64,000 bases of DNA, taken from contig OX597816.1 in the NCBI GenBank assembly GCA_951406725.2, positions 79,732,001 to 79,796,000 of the forward strand, given 5' to 3'. Origin of the DNA: Octopus vulgaris (lineage: Eukaryota). This document shows positions 15,410 through 30,590 of this stretch, piece by piece. A program made the position numbers and the translations under genes. The notes beneath the pieces were generated by a model. The model saw only the letters and a program-made list of their open reading frames with translations. It ran no database searches and was not told the DNA's origin. The number at the start of each line of letters is the position of its first letter. Positions within the stretch are counted from its first letter, which is position 1.

Positions 15410-15930
15410 TATATACGAAAACAAGTACATTCAAGTATGGAGAACTAGACTTTTCACCACTTGCCGGAATATATTTGAAGAAGCACTCCCCAGACACGGT
15501 TTCATAGAATGACAAAATGACTGTATTCTTGAACACGACAATTTTTACAGACAAGTAAATTAAAGTAAATCTCCGCCGCTAAAAGAAATATTTTATGACT
15601 AATGTGTCGATTCTACCGGGTGATATAATATCTCTAACACATGTAGAGGACTTATGCAAACATAATATCAAGAAATAGCGATAATGTGAAAGTGAGGGTT
15701 GAAAATAGACTCAACACTTATAAGTGCTTTAGGAATGATATAAACGATACAGATAAATACGTCACCAAATCGCAGATCTCACACAACATGCAGCTATTGT
15801 TAGACTCAGCACACCACTGAAGACTCAGTACAGCAGAAAAATACAAACGAAAGAAATGTTGCAAGTATCCTAGATACAAAGCTACGCGTGGCTTAAAAAA
15901 GCACTTAATTAGAAAACTACAATTGCCCTG
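15410..15930 (+). mobile_element. 3' continuation of the old degenerate Dong-like LINE (endonuclease region)
   Basis: KHSPDTVS*NDKMTVF, NVSILPGD (cf. HxPxxVxENxxxTILWD, IDVSIPxD), collinear with the 9950-12110 segment. Confidence 0.45.
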
Positions 15931-16599
15931 ATGCAATACCAGGCAGTGGCTCTTAAGGCTTCTGATCTGAAATGATTGGAAGTTTTAACATGTATATGTT
16001 TTGTCTTGGTGTAAAGAATGGGATACAGCAAATATTCTGTTCAATGCCACAGATTAGGTTTTCAGTTGTTTGACCATAACCTGGCGAGCAAGTGACTTAG
16101 TGGCTGACGATATGTGCATCTCTGATCATGAGCAGGAGTAGTGGGGAGACATCATAGCCTTGTGTTGAGAGGAATTATTTGGGGTTTGGACAATTCAGCC
16201 TGGAAACTTGGGTGTTTCGTCCATCAACCTTAAACAACCCTTGTTCGGAGACCTTCTGAGTGGGTTGGGCTCCTCGACCTCAAGAAAATTCTGACTGGGC
16301 CCCATCTGCAAGGTCATGCACCGTTTATCTCGATATGAGGTCACCGTGTCACGTAGATGTGGTTGTGATGCATGTGTCTGGTGTACCGTTATCATTCGGG
16401 TAGTCATGATCGGTATATTAGGCTTCGTGTATTTGCAACCCAGTGTCATTTTGATGGCGTGTACCGCTCTCTCAATAATAATTATTATTATTACAATAGC
16501 AATAATAATAATGATATGATGATGATGATGATGATGACGACGACGACGACAACAACAGCAGCAGCAATAACAACAACAATAATAATAATACTCTAGATT

Positions 16600-17450
16600 T
16601 GCCGGAAACCACTAAAGTCATGGCGAAATGATCAGGTAGCGAAAGTGCTGCATAGGAAACTGTGAAAAGTGGGGGCTAGAGAGAGGTATGAGCATAAACT
16701 GCAGTGGGTGGTGGAGTCAGAGACTAGCAAAATCCTCTGGGATTTCCCAATCGAATCAGGTGCTAGATCAGGTGGGAAAGGTGCACCACATATGCTATAT
16801 AGTTGAAGTAGTATGCCCCTTTAACTCACGAATAATCAAGAAGGAAGGCGAAAAAATAGATAAATACAAGTCTCTTAAGTACGAAATAGCCTGCCTATGG
16901 AAATGAAGAAGGTGAAAATAGTGCCTATTATTGTTGGATCCCTTTACAAACTCAGTAAACCCCTGGAATGGTAGAGCTATTAAGTACACTGCTACCTCAA
17001 GATAAACTCTACAAACATGGTAGCTCTAATAGCTAGACTTCTCTAAGAATCTTGCAGGGTGACCAAAGCAATTGTACATGTACTCATTTACTATCAATAC
17101 ATTGTTGACTGGTTGAGTCATGACAAATAGCAGCTGTTGTATGTAGGAAAAATCGTGTCCATTATAAGGTATATATTATATATATATAATTATTCTATTT
17201 TCAGTTATTAGATATGAGGTAGATTTAGAAAAAAGGCACCAAAAAGTTATCAAGAGGAATATCAAGGAAATTGGAATAGAATGCCCAGTAGAACTGTTAC
17301 AAAAGGTTTGCTTTCTTGGCACTACCAGAATAATCAGGAAAGCATTAGATAGCTAAAAAGAACGGATAGCATGGTACCATAGGCTGCAGTTAGTAAGCCC
17401 GCTACACATGCAAAACTCCAGGAGTTCCAACAAAACCTGTGATAAAAAGA
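16600..17450 (+). mobile_element. Degenerate RLE-LINE 3' fragment (R4/Dong-like), interrupted at about 16940-17220, TAA-flanked
   Basis: RNDQVAKVLH, KILWDFPI, CYIVEVVCPFNSRIIKKEGEKIDKYKSLKYEIACLWK, ELLQKVCFLGTTRIIRKALDS*. Confidence 0.75.
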
Positions 17451-17509
17451 AATAATAATAAAAATAATAATGATGATGTTGATTATGATGATGATGATGA
17501 CGATAAGAC

Positions 17510-18520
17510 CTACACAATAGCAATGAACATGTCCTTATCTAGTACAGAGGACTGGATGCTGCGGCTTGTGTGCAAGCACGAAAGCAGCAGAAAGTAACAT
17601 TCTACTGTCAAAGAAGCTTGTAAATTCGCAAAGGAACTCGGCATTAACTCGGAATTAGATAAAGAACCTGAAACTACTGCCACCAAGCAAGCAAAATGAA
17701 TCACGCAAACTGAAAAAAAAAAAAAAAAAAAAAAGAAAAGAGACCGGCAGAAACAAGTTGAGGAACGGTGGAGTTCATATTGGTAGCACTAGACCAAAGC
17801 TTGCTTACCAGAAACTACCAAGCTAAAGTTCTTCAAAACGGTTCTGAACCTAAATGCAGATTCTGTAACACATTTGATGATACAATACACCATCTCGTTT
17901 CGAGATGTCCTGTTCTGACACCAGACGAATCCAAAAAACATTACTACCAAAATAGTGTAGGACAGTATTTACATTGGAAAATTCGTAAATACTACAAAAT
18001 CAGCACTCCTGCTTATTGGTATGAGCATCATTTTGAGCCAGTCGTTGAATGTAAAAATGTCACTGTCCTCTGAGATTTTTCATTCAGCATCGACAGAACG
18101 ATCCAGGATAATCGACCAGGCATAATTATTAAAGACGAGGAAGAAAATAACTGTAGACTAAAAAACGTATTAATATTATATCTATAAAAGAATTTGAGAA
18201 ATTAAGTAAATATAAGGACCTGGAAATTGAAATACAAAAGATGTGCTATCTTAAAGCAAGAACTGTTCCTGTTATCGTGGGTGCCCTAGGCATGATAAAG
18301 AAAGGTAAGTCAGAAACATTTAGATAACTTCCCAGGAGAACCATGTCTCAGAGAAATCCCAAAAACTATATGGAGATATTTCTCTACTGTATTTGCCACT
18401 TCCCCTCTCCAAGCTTTCAGTCATACTGTAACATCTCTCATCCTTCACTTGCTTGAGGGCGCTGGCAGTGTCTCAGCAAGTGATTGCAACAAACATCCAG
18501 GTTAAAAGCAAACAATAGCA
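17510..18520 (+). mobile_element. Degenerate R4/Dong-like 3' fragment with (TAA)n tail
   Basis: DWMLRLVCKHE, FILVALDQSLLTRNYQAKVLQNGSEPKCRFCNTFDDTIHHLVSRC; homologous to ORF 7958-9289. Confidence 0.85.
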
Positions 18521-18560
18521 ATAATAATAATAATAATAATACTACTAATAATAATAATAA

Positions 18561-18720
18561 TCCTGAAATTTTGGGGAAGGGGACTAGTCGATTTCATCGG
18601 CCCAGTGTTTCACTGGTACTTAATTTACCAACCCCGAAAGGATGAATGGCAAAATCGACCTCGGCGGAATTTGAACTCAGAATGGAAAGAACCGCAAGAA
18701 ATGCGGCTAAGCATTTTGTG
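18561..18720 (-). mobile_element. SINE family A (reverse)
   Basis: Reverse complement of the copy at 22445-22652. Confidence 0.75.
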
Positions 18721-18902
18721 TGGTGCGTGGCGAAGTGGTTAAGGAGCCCGCTTTGTACCCAAGTGGTTTTGGATTCAGTCCCACGGCGTGGCATCATGGG
18801 AAAGTGTTTTCTACTATAGTCCTGGGTCAAGAAATGCCTTATGAGTAAATTTTGAGAAATGGTGTCGAAGACCGTCGTATATATATATATATATACATAT
18901 AT

Positions 18903-19098
18903 TACTCTTTTACTTGTTTCAGTCATTTGACTGCGGCCAAGCTGGAGCACCTCCTTTAGATGAGCAAATCGATCTCGAGACTTATTCTTTGTAAGCCTAG
19001 TACTTATTCTATCGGTCTCTTTTGCCGAACTGTTATGTTACGGGGACGTAATCACTCCACCATCGTTGGGGGGGGGGGGGACAAACACAGACGTACAA

Positions 19099-19129
<31 letters not shown>

Positions 19130-19292
19130 AACATATATATATCGGTCTTCTTTCAGCTTCCGTCTACCAAATCCACTCACAAGGCTTTGGTCAGCCCGAG
19201 GCTATAGTAGAAGACACTTGCCCAAGGTGTCACGCAGTGGGACTGAACCCGGAACCATGTGGTTGGTAAGCAAGCTACTTAATACACAGCCA
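18903..19292 (-). mobile_element. SINE family B (tRNA-derived head, CORE-like ccttgggcaagt block, internal CA/TA microsatellite); a forward half-copy lies at 18724-18880
   Basis: Reverse complement of 56442-56835. Confidence 0.8.
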
Positions 19293-19568
19293 CGAAGCAG
19301 TTTAATGGCTGAAATAAGTAAAAATATATGTAAGCGTGTCTCTTTGTATTGGTGTTTCTTAGTTTTTCTCTCACCACCCATCACTTGTCCACATAATGTA
19401 GCAGTTCGACAATGGCAACTAATAAAGTAAGCACCGGACTTTAAAACAAATAAGTCGGTCTGTTTAACTAAAATCCTTCAAGGTGCTCCATCCACAATCG
19501 CTGTCCAGCGACTGAAACAAGTAAAAGATAATAGAAGAGGAAGAACAGAAGGAGTAAAAAGGGGGAGA

Positions 19569-19654
19569 GAAGAAGAAGAAGAAGAAGAAGAAGAAGAAGA
19601 AGAAGAAGAAGAAGAAGAAGAAGAAGAAGAAGAAGAAGAAGAAGAAGAAGAAGA
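19569..19654. repeat. (GAA)n microsatellite
   Basis: Uninterrupted GAA run. Confidence 0.95.
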
Positions 19655-20185
19655 AATGCATGAGGTAGCAGAAGAAAGCCGTTGGTGAAAGAGGATAAGA
19701 AGAAGAAATAAAAAGGCAATAAAAAGGGAAAGTATTCGCAACATTCAGAGAAAAGTATTTATGCTAATATTATTCTGCTTACGTCATTAAGTGAGAAAAG
19801 GTTTCATTTGTTTACTTGTATATTTATTTGTATATTTGTTTGTTCTGTGGAAAGCTTAGAAACGGTTTAAATAGGCCCTTTCTTTTCATTAACATTTCCA
19901 GAAGAAAGGAAACAAAAGAAAATCCTTATTAATTCTGAAGACCTCCATTCGCTGTAGCAGATCAATTGAAATACAGAAGGAAAGCTGATGCCAGTTTGCT
20001 GCCGTCATTATTATTATTTATGAGATTCTTCAGCGCTGGATACACACCTCTATCTCTATCTACCTACTTTAGCATCGCTTAGAACTTCCGGTCTCATTTA
20101 TCATCATCATCCGCATTGAAAAAGTTTTTGTTACAGCCGTTGTTGAAATTCGACTTATTTCTATGCCGTTTGGTTAACATCTCTT

Positions 20186-20241
<56 letters not shown>

Positions 20242-20412
20242 TCTCTTCCTCTCTCTCCTCCTCTCTCCCTCTCCCTCTCTTTTCTTGCCTGTTCAGTTGG
20301 TTTAGTTTTTTTTTTATTTTGCTTTAATAAGCTTTATTTTTGTTGTTGCCGAATTACTATAGAATACATTGACAAAAGGCGATAATATTTATTGGAACAT
20401 TACTTATAAATA

Positions 20413-20513
<101 letters not shown>

Positions 20514-20925
20514 ATGGCACATATTTGTGCGTGTGTATGTGTGAATGATGTACACATAGGCGGGCGCATACGCACAAGCGCGCACGATTTATTCCTTTTT
20601 CTTTCATTTTAGTGATGAGTAAATTAGGATTCAACGGTAAATATGTGCTTAGATCTTCCAGAAGAACAAAAAAAAAAGGAAACCGAAAACTACAGAGAAG
20701 TTAACAGAATGATGCTCTGATACGCTGAGAGAACGTGGAAATTAAGTCAATATGACTTGTCATAACCAGTACTATACTATATATCCTGAGATAATGCAAA
20801 CTTCTATACTGAGCATAGTTTGAAAATAATCACACGCATTTTCTTATGATTTTTGTTCTTGCTTTTTTTGTTGTTGTTTCGTTATTGTTGTTGTTGTTGT
20901 TGTTGTTGTTGTTCTTCTTCTTCTT

Positions 20926-20956
<31 letters not shown>

Positions 20957-21001
20957 TTATTATTATTATTATTATTATTGTTGTTGTTACTATTATTATC
21001 A

Positions 21002-21172
21002 AGGCAGCAAACTAGTAAAATGCTTAGCGTTCTGAGTTCAAATTCCGCCGTAGTCGACTTTGCCATTTCATCCTTTCGGGGTCGATGAAATAAGTACCAA
21101 TTACGTACTGGGTAATGTAATCAACTTGATCCTTTCCCCAAAATTTCAGGCCTTGTGCCTATAGTAGAAAGG
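21002..21172 (+). mobile_element. SINE family A in (ATT)n
   Basis: aaatgcttagcgttctgagttcaaattccgccg..ccttgtgcctatagtagaaagg(att)n. Confidence 0.8.
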
Positions 21173-21255
<83 letters not shown>

Positions 21256-21261
21256 TTTTTA

Positions 21262-21985
21262 ATCTGCATTCTTGTTACGATCACTTGCCGGGACACACCC
21301 AGCAACCTTGGGCGAGTGAAGGAAAGAGATGTTACAGTATGACTGAAAGCTTGTAGAGAGGAAGTAGCAAGGGGAGTGGCGAAATATCTTCATGTAATAC
21401 AACACAGTCATTCAAATTAATAGGGTTTTCTTAAGAATGTGGGTAGTTCTTGTCAGCACAATCGTTTGGATTTCTCTGAGACATGGTTCTCCTGGGATAT
21501 TATCTAGATGTTTCTGATATACAGTTTTTATCATGCCTAGGACATTCACAATAACGGGAACTTGCTTTAAGATGTCACATCTTTTGTATTTCAATTTCCA
21601 AGTACTTATGTTTATTTAATAAGTCAAATTCCTTTACACATGTATTTTTATCACTTACATTTATTAGTCTACAAGTATTTTCTTCCTTGTTGTTAATGAC
21701 TATGTCTGGTCGATTAGCCTGGATCGTTCTATCAGTGTTGACTGGAAAATCTCAGAGGATAGTGACATTTTTACATTCAACGACTGGCTCAGGATGATAT
21801 TCATACCAGTAAGCAGGAATCTGATTTTGTAGTGTTTACGTATTTTCCAATGTAAATACTATCCTACACTATTGTGGCGGTTTTTATATTCGCTTGGTGT
21901 CAGCACAGGACATCCCGAGACCAAATGGTCTATTGTTTCGTCAAATGTATCGCAGGATCTTCATTTTAGGGCCAGAACCGTTTTG
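21262..21985 (-). mobile_element. Degenerate R4/Dong-like 3' fragment, same family as 17510-18520, opposite orientation
   Basis: Reverse complement matches 17835-18510 (QNGSGPK..., IPGEPCLREIQTIVLTRTTHILKK). Bounded by (ATT)n tracts. Confidence 0.85.
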
Positions 21986-21986
21986 A

Positions 21987-22088
<102 letters not shown>

Positions 22089-22125
22089 GTCGTCGTCGTC
22101 GTCGTCATCATCATCATCATCATTA

Positions 22126-22444
<319 letters not shown>

Positions 22445-22882
22445 GGCGGTGAGCAGGCAGAATCGTTGCACGCTTGGCAAAATGCTTGGCGACATTTCGT
22501 CCGTCTTATCGTTCTGAGTTCAAGTCCCGCCGAGGGTGATTTGCCTTTCATCCTTTCGGGGTCGATATATCAAGAACCGGTTAAATACTGGGGCGATATA
22601 ATCGACTAGTACCCTCCCGCAAAATTTCAGGCCTTGTGCCTATAGTAGAAAGGATTATTATTATTATGAGGGCAGTGTCCTGGCAGAATCGTTACTACGC
22701 CGGGCGAAATGCTTAGCGCATTTCATTCGACTTTAAGTTCTGAAGTAAAATGCCACTAGAGTCGACTTTACCTTTTATCCTTTCGGGTCGATAAAATAAG
22801 TACCAGTTGAGTATCGAGGTTGATGAAAACGACTTATCCACTCACCGAAACTGCTATCTTTGTGCCAAAAGCTTGAAACCAT
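22445..22882 (+). mobile_element. Two tandem SINE family A copies (22445-22652, 22670-22882) separated by (ATT)n
   Basis: Each begins ggc.gtg..c.ggcagaatcgtt and has gttctga..tc..cctttc/tatcctttcggg. Confidence 0.8.
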
Positions 22883-24762
22883 TATTAATATTATGGTGAA
22901 GGCCACAAGGAATAATTTTTACAACCCAGGTGGAACATTTATCACAATCAAATCTGTTCGAGGACTTCATTACTTCTGTACAGTTTTCTTCAACCGTAAT
23001 ACATTACGAAGTATTGATGGACGTGAGGTTATGGCAGAAGATAGTCATCCAAGGTACCATGCAATTATGCAGAACCAGGAACTGCGCGAATACAACACGA
23101 ACCCCTCAAGCAAGCAGGCACACTTGACAGAAGAAACCTCTGATTAAAAGGCCTGCAAGCCGTGTGTTTTGGTCTTTCGGCCACTGTCAATCTAGGACTT
23201 TGTTATCTAATCTTCCGTTTACCTAGTCAGACAAAAGGGTAAGATTTGGTAAAGATTTGCTACATTTTATTGCAAATCAAGGGAATTCGTAGAGATAACC
23301 CTCGTTAACTTACGATTTTGCTTTTCAATAACGGCCCTCCCTAAATGTTTAGATTTTAAGCCATGCATTTGTGCTTGTTCTGTTTGCACCGTATTCATTT
23401 TTAATCGGGCAAATAAGAGGACCTATACATTGCCGATCTACCTATTAAAAACGATAACTATGTCTCCCTCAAAATCACAACCTACTTTCTTACGAAAAGA
23501 TGGAAAAGAGAGTGAATGTCATGTCTGAAACGCTCTTCATGCTTGCAAATATTCACACACCCATCCATCCACCCATCCATCAGCTCATTGCTATATATGT
23601 ATGTGTGTGCGCGCGCAGGCGCAGAGACGCGCAGGCGTGTGTAATGTATGCATAATTTTACCAGCGTTTGCTATATTTGAGTGCCCAACTCTCTGTTGAA
23701 AATGTGATAGTAATTAGGCAAGAGAAACATTAGGTTAAATTTAACGAAAGCATGTTTAATGAACGATTTAGTCATTATACACGCCTTCATTTTTATGTAT
23801 TATGCCAACGAAATGTCACCCTGGTAGATTTCCAACAGTTTCCATATAGATGTGTATTGCTGAACATCGAGATTATAGCAGGTAGAGAAGTGAGGGTAAT
23901 TGATTTGGAGTGACTCACCTGTAAAATTGAACCTGTATTTTATTTGTAGCTTGCTATCAATTCACAGCTCAAGCAAGCTTATCAATGAAAATAACTGAAG
24001 CCATTGAGAAAGAGGTAAAAGCGTCATTCACCAAGTCAAGACGCAATATGTTTGCATTTCCTGATCGAGATTACTTTATTTCACTTATATCAGTCATATC
24101 TTTGCCAAATGTACAAGAATCACAGTTCATATTTCTTGTTTTTATTCATTCATTACCTTGCATTTATATCAGAAATACTAGTTTGTTTATAATTTGACTT
24201 GGGGCTGGATTAGTCATAAAGACAGCGAATGAGCTATCCGTGGAGGTGGTCGTTGTTCACATTCACCACGTCGATAATAACAATATTTCACTTTCAAAGG
24301 CCCACAGGCTGGCAACAGTAAATAATGTCATCGCAAGATTACGGTCCACTGATCCCAAACTACGGTATAGATGTCACATAATTCAAAAGATACTGCGTTG
24401 TTAACTGGGAGAAACTTGAGTTTGTTGAGATTCTGATAAAAGATGGAATTTCTCTTTCAATTGCAATGCACTTAGCAATATAGTATAACGTCTGACATGG
24501 GACCAAGTCTGCAGAATCTATTTAAACATTTAGAACCCTTAATATAGTAAAATGTCTTCGAGGAAACATTGACAGAATCTTCAAAGTCCTAATGCAGAAC
24601 GGTAGAAAAAACAATCTCATCTATCAGATATTCTTTTAACTGAACTTTCCGCAAAGTCACAAGAGGGTTATGGCGATTGAAGGTTTCTTATAATACGATA
24701 ATAAAACATTTTAGCAGTTGATATTTAAAGTGTATCAACTGGTATTTTATGAATATTAGTTG

Positions 24763-25290
<528 letters not shown>

Positions 25291-25782
25291 TAACAAATAA
25301 ATGGATGGCTAAACTAACGATCTGTATCAAGCTATCTCATGTATGCACACAGATACATATAAATCGGACTCTTGAAATAATTTACGTCTTATCTTATTCT
25401 TGCAAAATATCGTTCCAAGAAACACTGCAGGGAGTAATCTTTTCATATATCCGTTTACCTGTATAGTATTTCATTTACTTGTTAATTCTTCAATTGTTCG
25501 GTTGTAGAGTAGACGACATATGTTGCGGAACAAATCGTACGCTCCAAACGCTAAGACCTACCCTGGGTTGACAAAACTGTTTTCGTTCCTACATCACTAG
25601 GAGTTTCATACCCTCTATTGCTACCCTTGCTACCCATATGTATACATGTATGTGTGTGCGTATGTATATATGTACATATATGTGTATATATTTACATGTA
25701 TGTGTTTATATGTACGTATGTGTATGTATATATATATATATATATGTATGTATATATATATATATATTTATATATATATACC

Positions 25783-25815
<33 letters not shown>

Positions 25816-26453
25816 CACTTCACGTACATACTTACCTAGATGCATAACTATATGTCTCTCTCTGTATGTGCGTGAGAGAAAGAGAGAGAGGGGGTGGGAG
25901 AGAGAGAGGGGGGAATGGGAGAGAGAGAGAGAGAAGGAGAGAGATTCATCGTTAAAGGTAATTTTGATATCATACGCACCAGTGCATAGGGCGTGTGAAT
26001 AGACGACAAACAGAAGAATTGTCATATAAACAATAGACTAGACTGCTTACATCAAAGGTTAGCATCAGTCATTTATGAATGTGCAGGAGAGCTGGGGGGT
26101 GGTGGTGGATGGAATAACCGTGTGAGGAAGAAATATAAAAAATAGTGAACTTATGTCAAAAAAATATAACAAAATATAACAAACGACAGTTTTGTTATTT
26201 CTAGACAATACATTAAACACACACACATACATACATACGTACAACAAACGTATATACATACATACATACAAACATGCATTATTTGCGTGTGTGTGTGTGC
26301 GTGTGTAGCTTTGTTTTCTTTTATCTTTTACTAGCTTCAGCTAAGGCCTATGGCCGGCCATGCTGGGGCAACACCATATACACACACACACATATATATA
26401 CACACAAATACATACATCCATATGTACACGTATACGCATGCATATATGTATGT

Positions 26454-26498
<45 letters not shown>

Positions 26499-26629
26499 TA
26501 TATATATTTATTTACATACATATGCATATATATATATATACATATGCGTGTATATATATATGTATATATATATATGCATATATGTATATATACATATGTA
26601 TATATATATAGGTATATATATATATATAT

Positions 26630-26746
<117 letters not shown>

Positions 26747-26942
26747 GGCACATCATGTATACACTCATACACACGTATATTAAAATGCCTTTGACAGTAG
26801 AATAGAAACACAATGACGTAAATAACACAATCGTTTGCATATACTGCACGTGTCGTTTTGTGTATGAACGTATGTCTATCTATGTATGTATCTGACTATT
26901 TATATCCCTATCTATATAATTGTGCATGTATGTGCGTGTGTA

Positions 26943-26979
<37 letters not shown>

Positions 26980-27196
26980 TCATACACACACACACGCACA
27001 TATATATATATACACATACACATGTATATTCATATATATATACACACACACAAGCATACATACATAGTTACACACACACACACACACATACACGCACATA
27101 TATATATATGCATACATATATAAAGTAGCAGGAGCCGTATGAGATTTATGTTATAAAAATGTGGAAAACTGTGGAGCGTGATGCACACACAAGCGC

Positions 27197-27258
<62 letters not shown>

Positions 27259-28009
27259 TCTCTCTCTCTCTCTCTTTCACTCACTCATAAGCACTTTCTC
27301 CCACACACACATGGACTCACTCGCATGCACACATACACCTTTATACAAACACATACACACTCATACATATAGTGGTACATTATACATATACAGTAAGATA
27401 GAGGGGCTGTGAGAGTGATAGAGGTAATAGGGAGGGAGAAGAGGTGAGAAGGTGAGGTCGTCAGTGTGACAAATGATGGAGGAAGAGATGTATACACATC
27501 ATCAATCATGTCCCTAAACATAAGTGGGCGAAAGAGAGTGAGAAAGAGAAAGATTAATAGATGGATGACAGTAGAGAGAGAAAGAGAGAGAGAGAGAGAG
27601 TAATGGGTATTGTAACATTTGCATATATTTGTCTCCATTTTCCCATTATTTCTCCCATTATAAATTCAACCGTGGAAAGAGTTATTCTATGGAACATCCT
27701 TCATTCTTTTACCGGAAGTGATCCAGTGTACAGCGGAAACCAAGGTCAGTTATATAAAATTACATAAAAAAAACTGCACCAGCATCGCCGTTTTCACTAC
27801 GACCGCTCGACTATAACCGTCGCAGAACACCGAAGACATTTCCATGACACATTTCCACAACTAACACACCATTACTAACATATTTCTACGACCACTAAAC
27901 TTTATCTATACAAATATCACTGACTTGTACAACGGCACTACACTGTTACCTATACAAATAAAAACCCACTCATTTCCACGACCACAATACCATTACCTAT
28001 ACAAACATG

Positions 28010-28289
28010 TGTGAAAGCGCATAGCTCAGTGGTTAGAGCATTGGGCTTATGGTCGTGAGCTTGAGAGTTCGATTCGCGGACCGGGTGTGTTGTGTGTTGT
28101 GTGAGCAAGACACTTTATCTCCAGTTCACTCAGTTGCAGAAATGAGTTGCGACGTCATTTGTGACAAGCTGTATCGGTCTTTGGGGTAACTGGTATGCAT
28201 GGGTAACTGCTGGTCTTTCACAAACGACTCTACTCGGAAGGAAACTTTCTGGGTTCAATTTCATGGTCATTCGTGACCGAAGGGCTCTT
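28010..28289 (+). mobile_element. tRNA-derived SINE (family C) with 12-bp target-site duplication
   Basis: A box TAGCTCAGTGG, B box GTTCGATTC. TATACAAACATG duplicated at 27998-28009 and 28290-28301. Confidence 0.85.
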
Positions 28290-28899
28290 TATACAAACAT
28301 GCACACCTTTACAATTTTTCATACCAGCATCAAGAATTGTACTTAATTTATAAGCATTACCGAACTCTACTGTGACTTAGTTCCGCACACTCAACAAAAT
28401 CATTATAGCTATTATCACCATTAGAAAAATTAATCTCTATCATTACCATTTTATCAACATTGCCACCACCGACAATATCAACATTACTAAACACGAGTCG
28501 ATGAGGCAGTCCACTACGTGATCGCCTAGAATTCACATCCAACCGCCAAAAAATCGTCAAATCTCTTCCAACTGTCATAAAGTGAAGGAGATATGTATAT
28601 CCAGCCTCGACTACATTATAGGTTAACGAAAGACTTGTCATCTCGACTTAAATGCCTTTGATCATAGGTTTCCTCAACCAGAGCAGTCCTGGGGGAAAGT
28701 AATATAACAATGCATTACGAAACAAAAACAAAACTACTGCTTATGTCATTTTGAAGTTAAACAGCTAGATCCAATACCAAACTGAAACTGCAGCCAGCTC
28801 ACCATTACTTTTGATACCAACAGTTTTTAGCAGAAACAATCGTATCTAAGTTATCACATCACTACCGTCTCCATTAACACAACTATGACCATTCATCAC

Positions 28900-29560
28900 C
28901 AGAAACAATCCCTATACACCTCTTTTGAACTTGAATCTATATGATAGGTCCATAAAACAGATACACAGCTTTATGTGCTGATATCATCAATCAAGTGTTG
29001 TACTGTCCCTAGAATGCCGCTGAACAACTATTTCTGTATTTCATGAACCATCTAAAAAATGTGTCCTCTAACAACCGGACGGAAATTAGCATCTACCAAA
29101 TCTACCACTCCCTCTTTACAGGCAGCACACGGGAACATCAAATGCGAGCGACCATCACACTCAACAACATAAATATACATTAAACACAAAGCAAAATATA
29201 TTATTTACGATAACTCTACAATATTTACATAACACATAGAAACCATAGAACTGAAAGCAAAACGATGCTTTGGAGCCCTCTCAAAGCTTGCCCCACTCTT
29301 ATCTGCATTCTTTTCATAACAAACCTATAAAGGATATAAAATAACTCATTTTGCTTGATTATAGATCGCAATCACAATGAAGCAAAAGTACTGAAACATA
29401 AAAGACCGATTGATACACAGTTATTATTGCAGGAATCTTCAGCCCAATCATTACTTAAATTATCCCATCATGAAAGCACAGCAACACCCTATAAATATTG
29501 TAAAATGCCCCTACTAGAAGAAAAACTATCGATCACCACCAATCCAGGCACATACAGGCG
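28900..29560 (+). mobile_element. Highly decayed LINE RT 3' fragment (clade uncertain)
   Basis: Remnants LCADI (cf. YADD), KAKYI.., HIETIELKAKRCFGALSKL. Confidence 0.35.
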
Positions 29561-29571
29561 TGCGCAAAAAG

Positions 29572-30590
29572 AGTAACAGCTTCAATGAACTGACTTTCCT
29601 CAGACACTATGTTGGGGTGCACTTCTTCAATGGTAAGCGGAGGTATAACAACTGTTGTGTACAAAGCGAGCCTACCTGGTTCATTTCTGCTATGGTCAAC
29701 AACAGTATAACAGAACAGAATGGATATTGAATAATAAAGCTACATGCCTTGCATCCCGAAGAGAGTGGATCAGCAAGTCACTCTGAATCATTCGACTGAT
29801 AGCTTCATGTCATATATTTACTTGATCAGAGCTGACCTGGATCCAAATGGCAATATCAGCAACATCATCATATACTTTAGTAACTGCTCTTAACATGCTA
29901 CCATCATAAAACCAGTGTACTGTTACCAACACCCTGATAAGGACAACCACCAACATCACTATCACTACTACTATCATCGACTATTGAGAATACAACAATT
30001 GTCCCTCACTGTAGCCAAACCCACAACAAGAACAATCGATCATAATCAGCCAACTAAAACTTTCTTCAGAATGACAAGGTCAATGACCAAACTATCAATT
30101 AATAACAATAGCATAAACCCATTAAGAGCAATCCAAGCCTCCATTCCTCAAATTCTCTTACAAATCCTTCCACAAAATTTTTAGAAATATCTTATTACTG
30201 GTATTATGTTATCTTGAAAAATAGAGGTACATCAGAAATTAAACCACATTGGAATGAAATGCGTCAAGTGTTTGGTTTCATTCTTATACGTTCTGAGTTT
30301 AAATCCCATTGGTTTGAAGACTACTTTTATCAGTTTGGACTTCATAAAAATATATTCAAATTTAAGTCTTTCATTTGCACTAACTGAACAGAGATTTTTA
30401 TGTATCAAGAACGTGATTCAATGTTTCCTACGTTTCTTAAGAAACGTGCCAGTAACAGCTTCAATGAACTGACTTTCCTCAGACACTATATTGGGATGCA
30501 CTTCTTCAATGGTAAGCGGAGGTATAACAACTGTTATGTACTAAGCGAGCCTACCTAGTTCATTTCTGCTATGGTCAACAGCAATATAAC
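29572..30590. repeat. Direct duplication of about 140 bp (29572-29711 and 30451-30590)
   Basis: agtaacagcttcaatgaactgactttcctcagacactat...ctatggtcaaca occurs twice with a handful of substitutions. Confidence 0.9.

Noticed and set aside
15935-16474. Probable interspersed repeat next to a TAA tract
   Set aside because: Single copy in the window with no diagnostic motif; cannot be classified.
28015-28090. tRNA-like sequence with A and B boxes
   Set aside because: Cloverleaf is imperfect and it continues into a SINE body with a TSD; it is a SINE head, not a tRNA gene.
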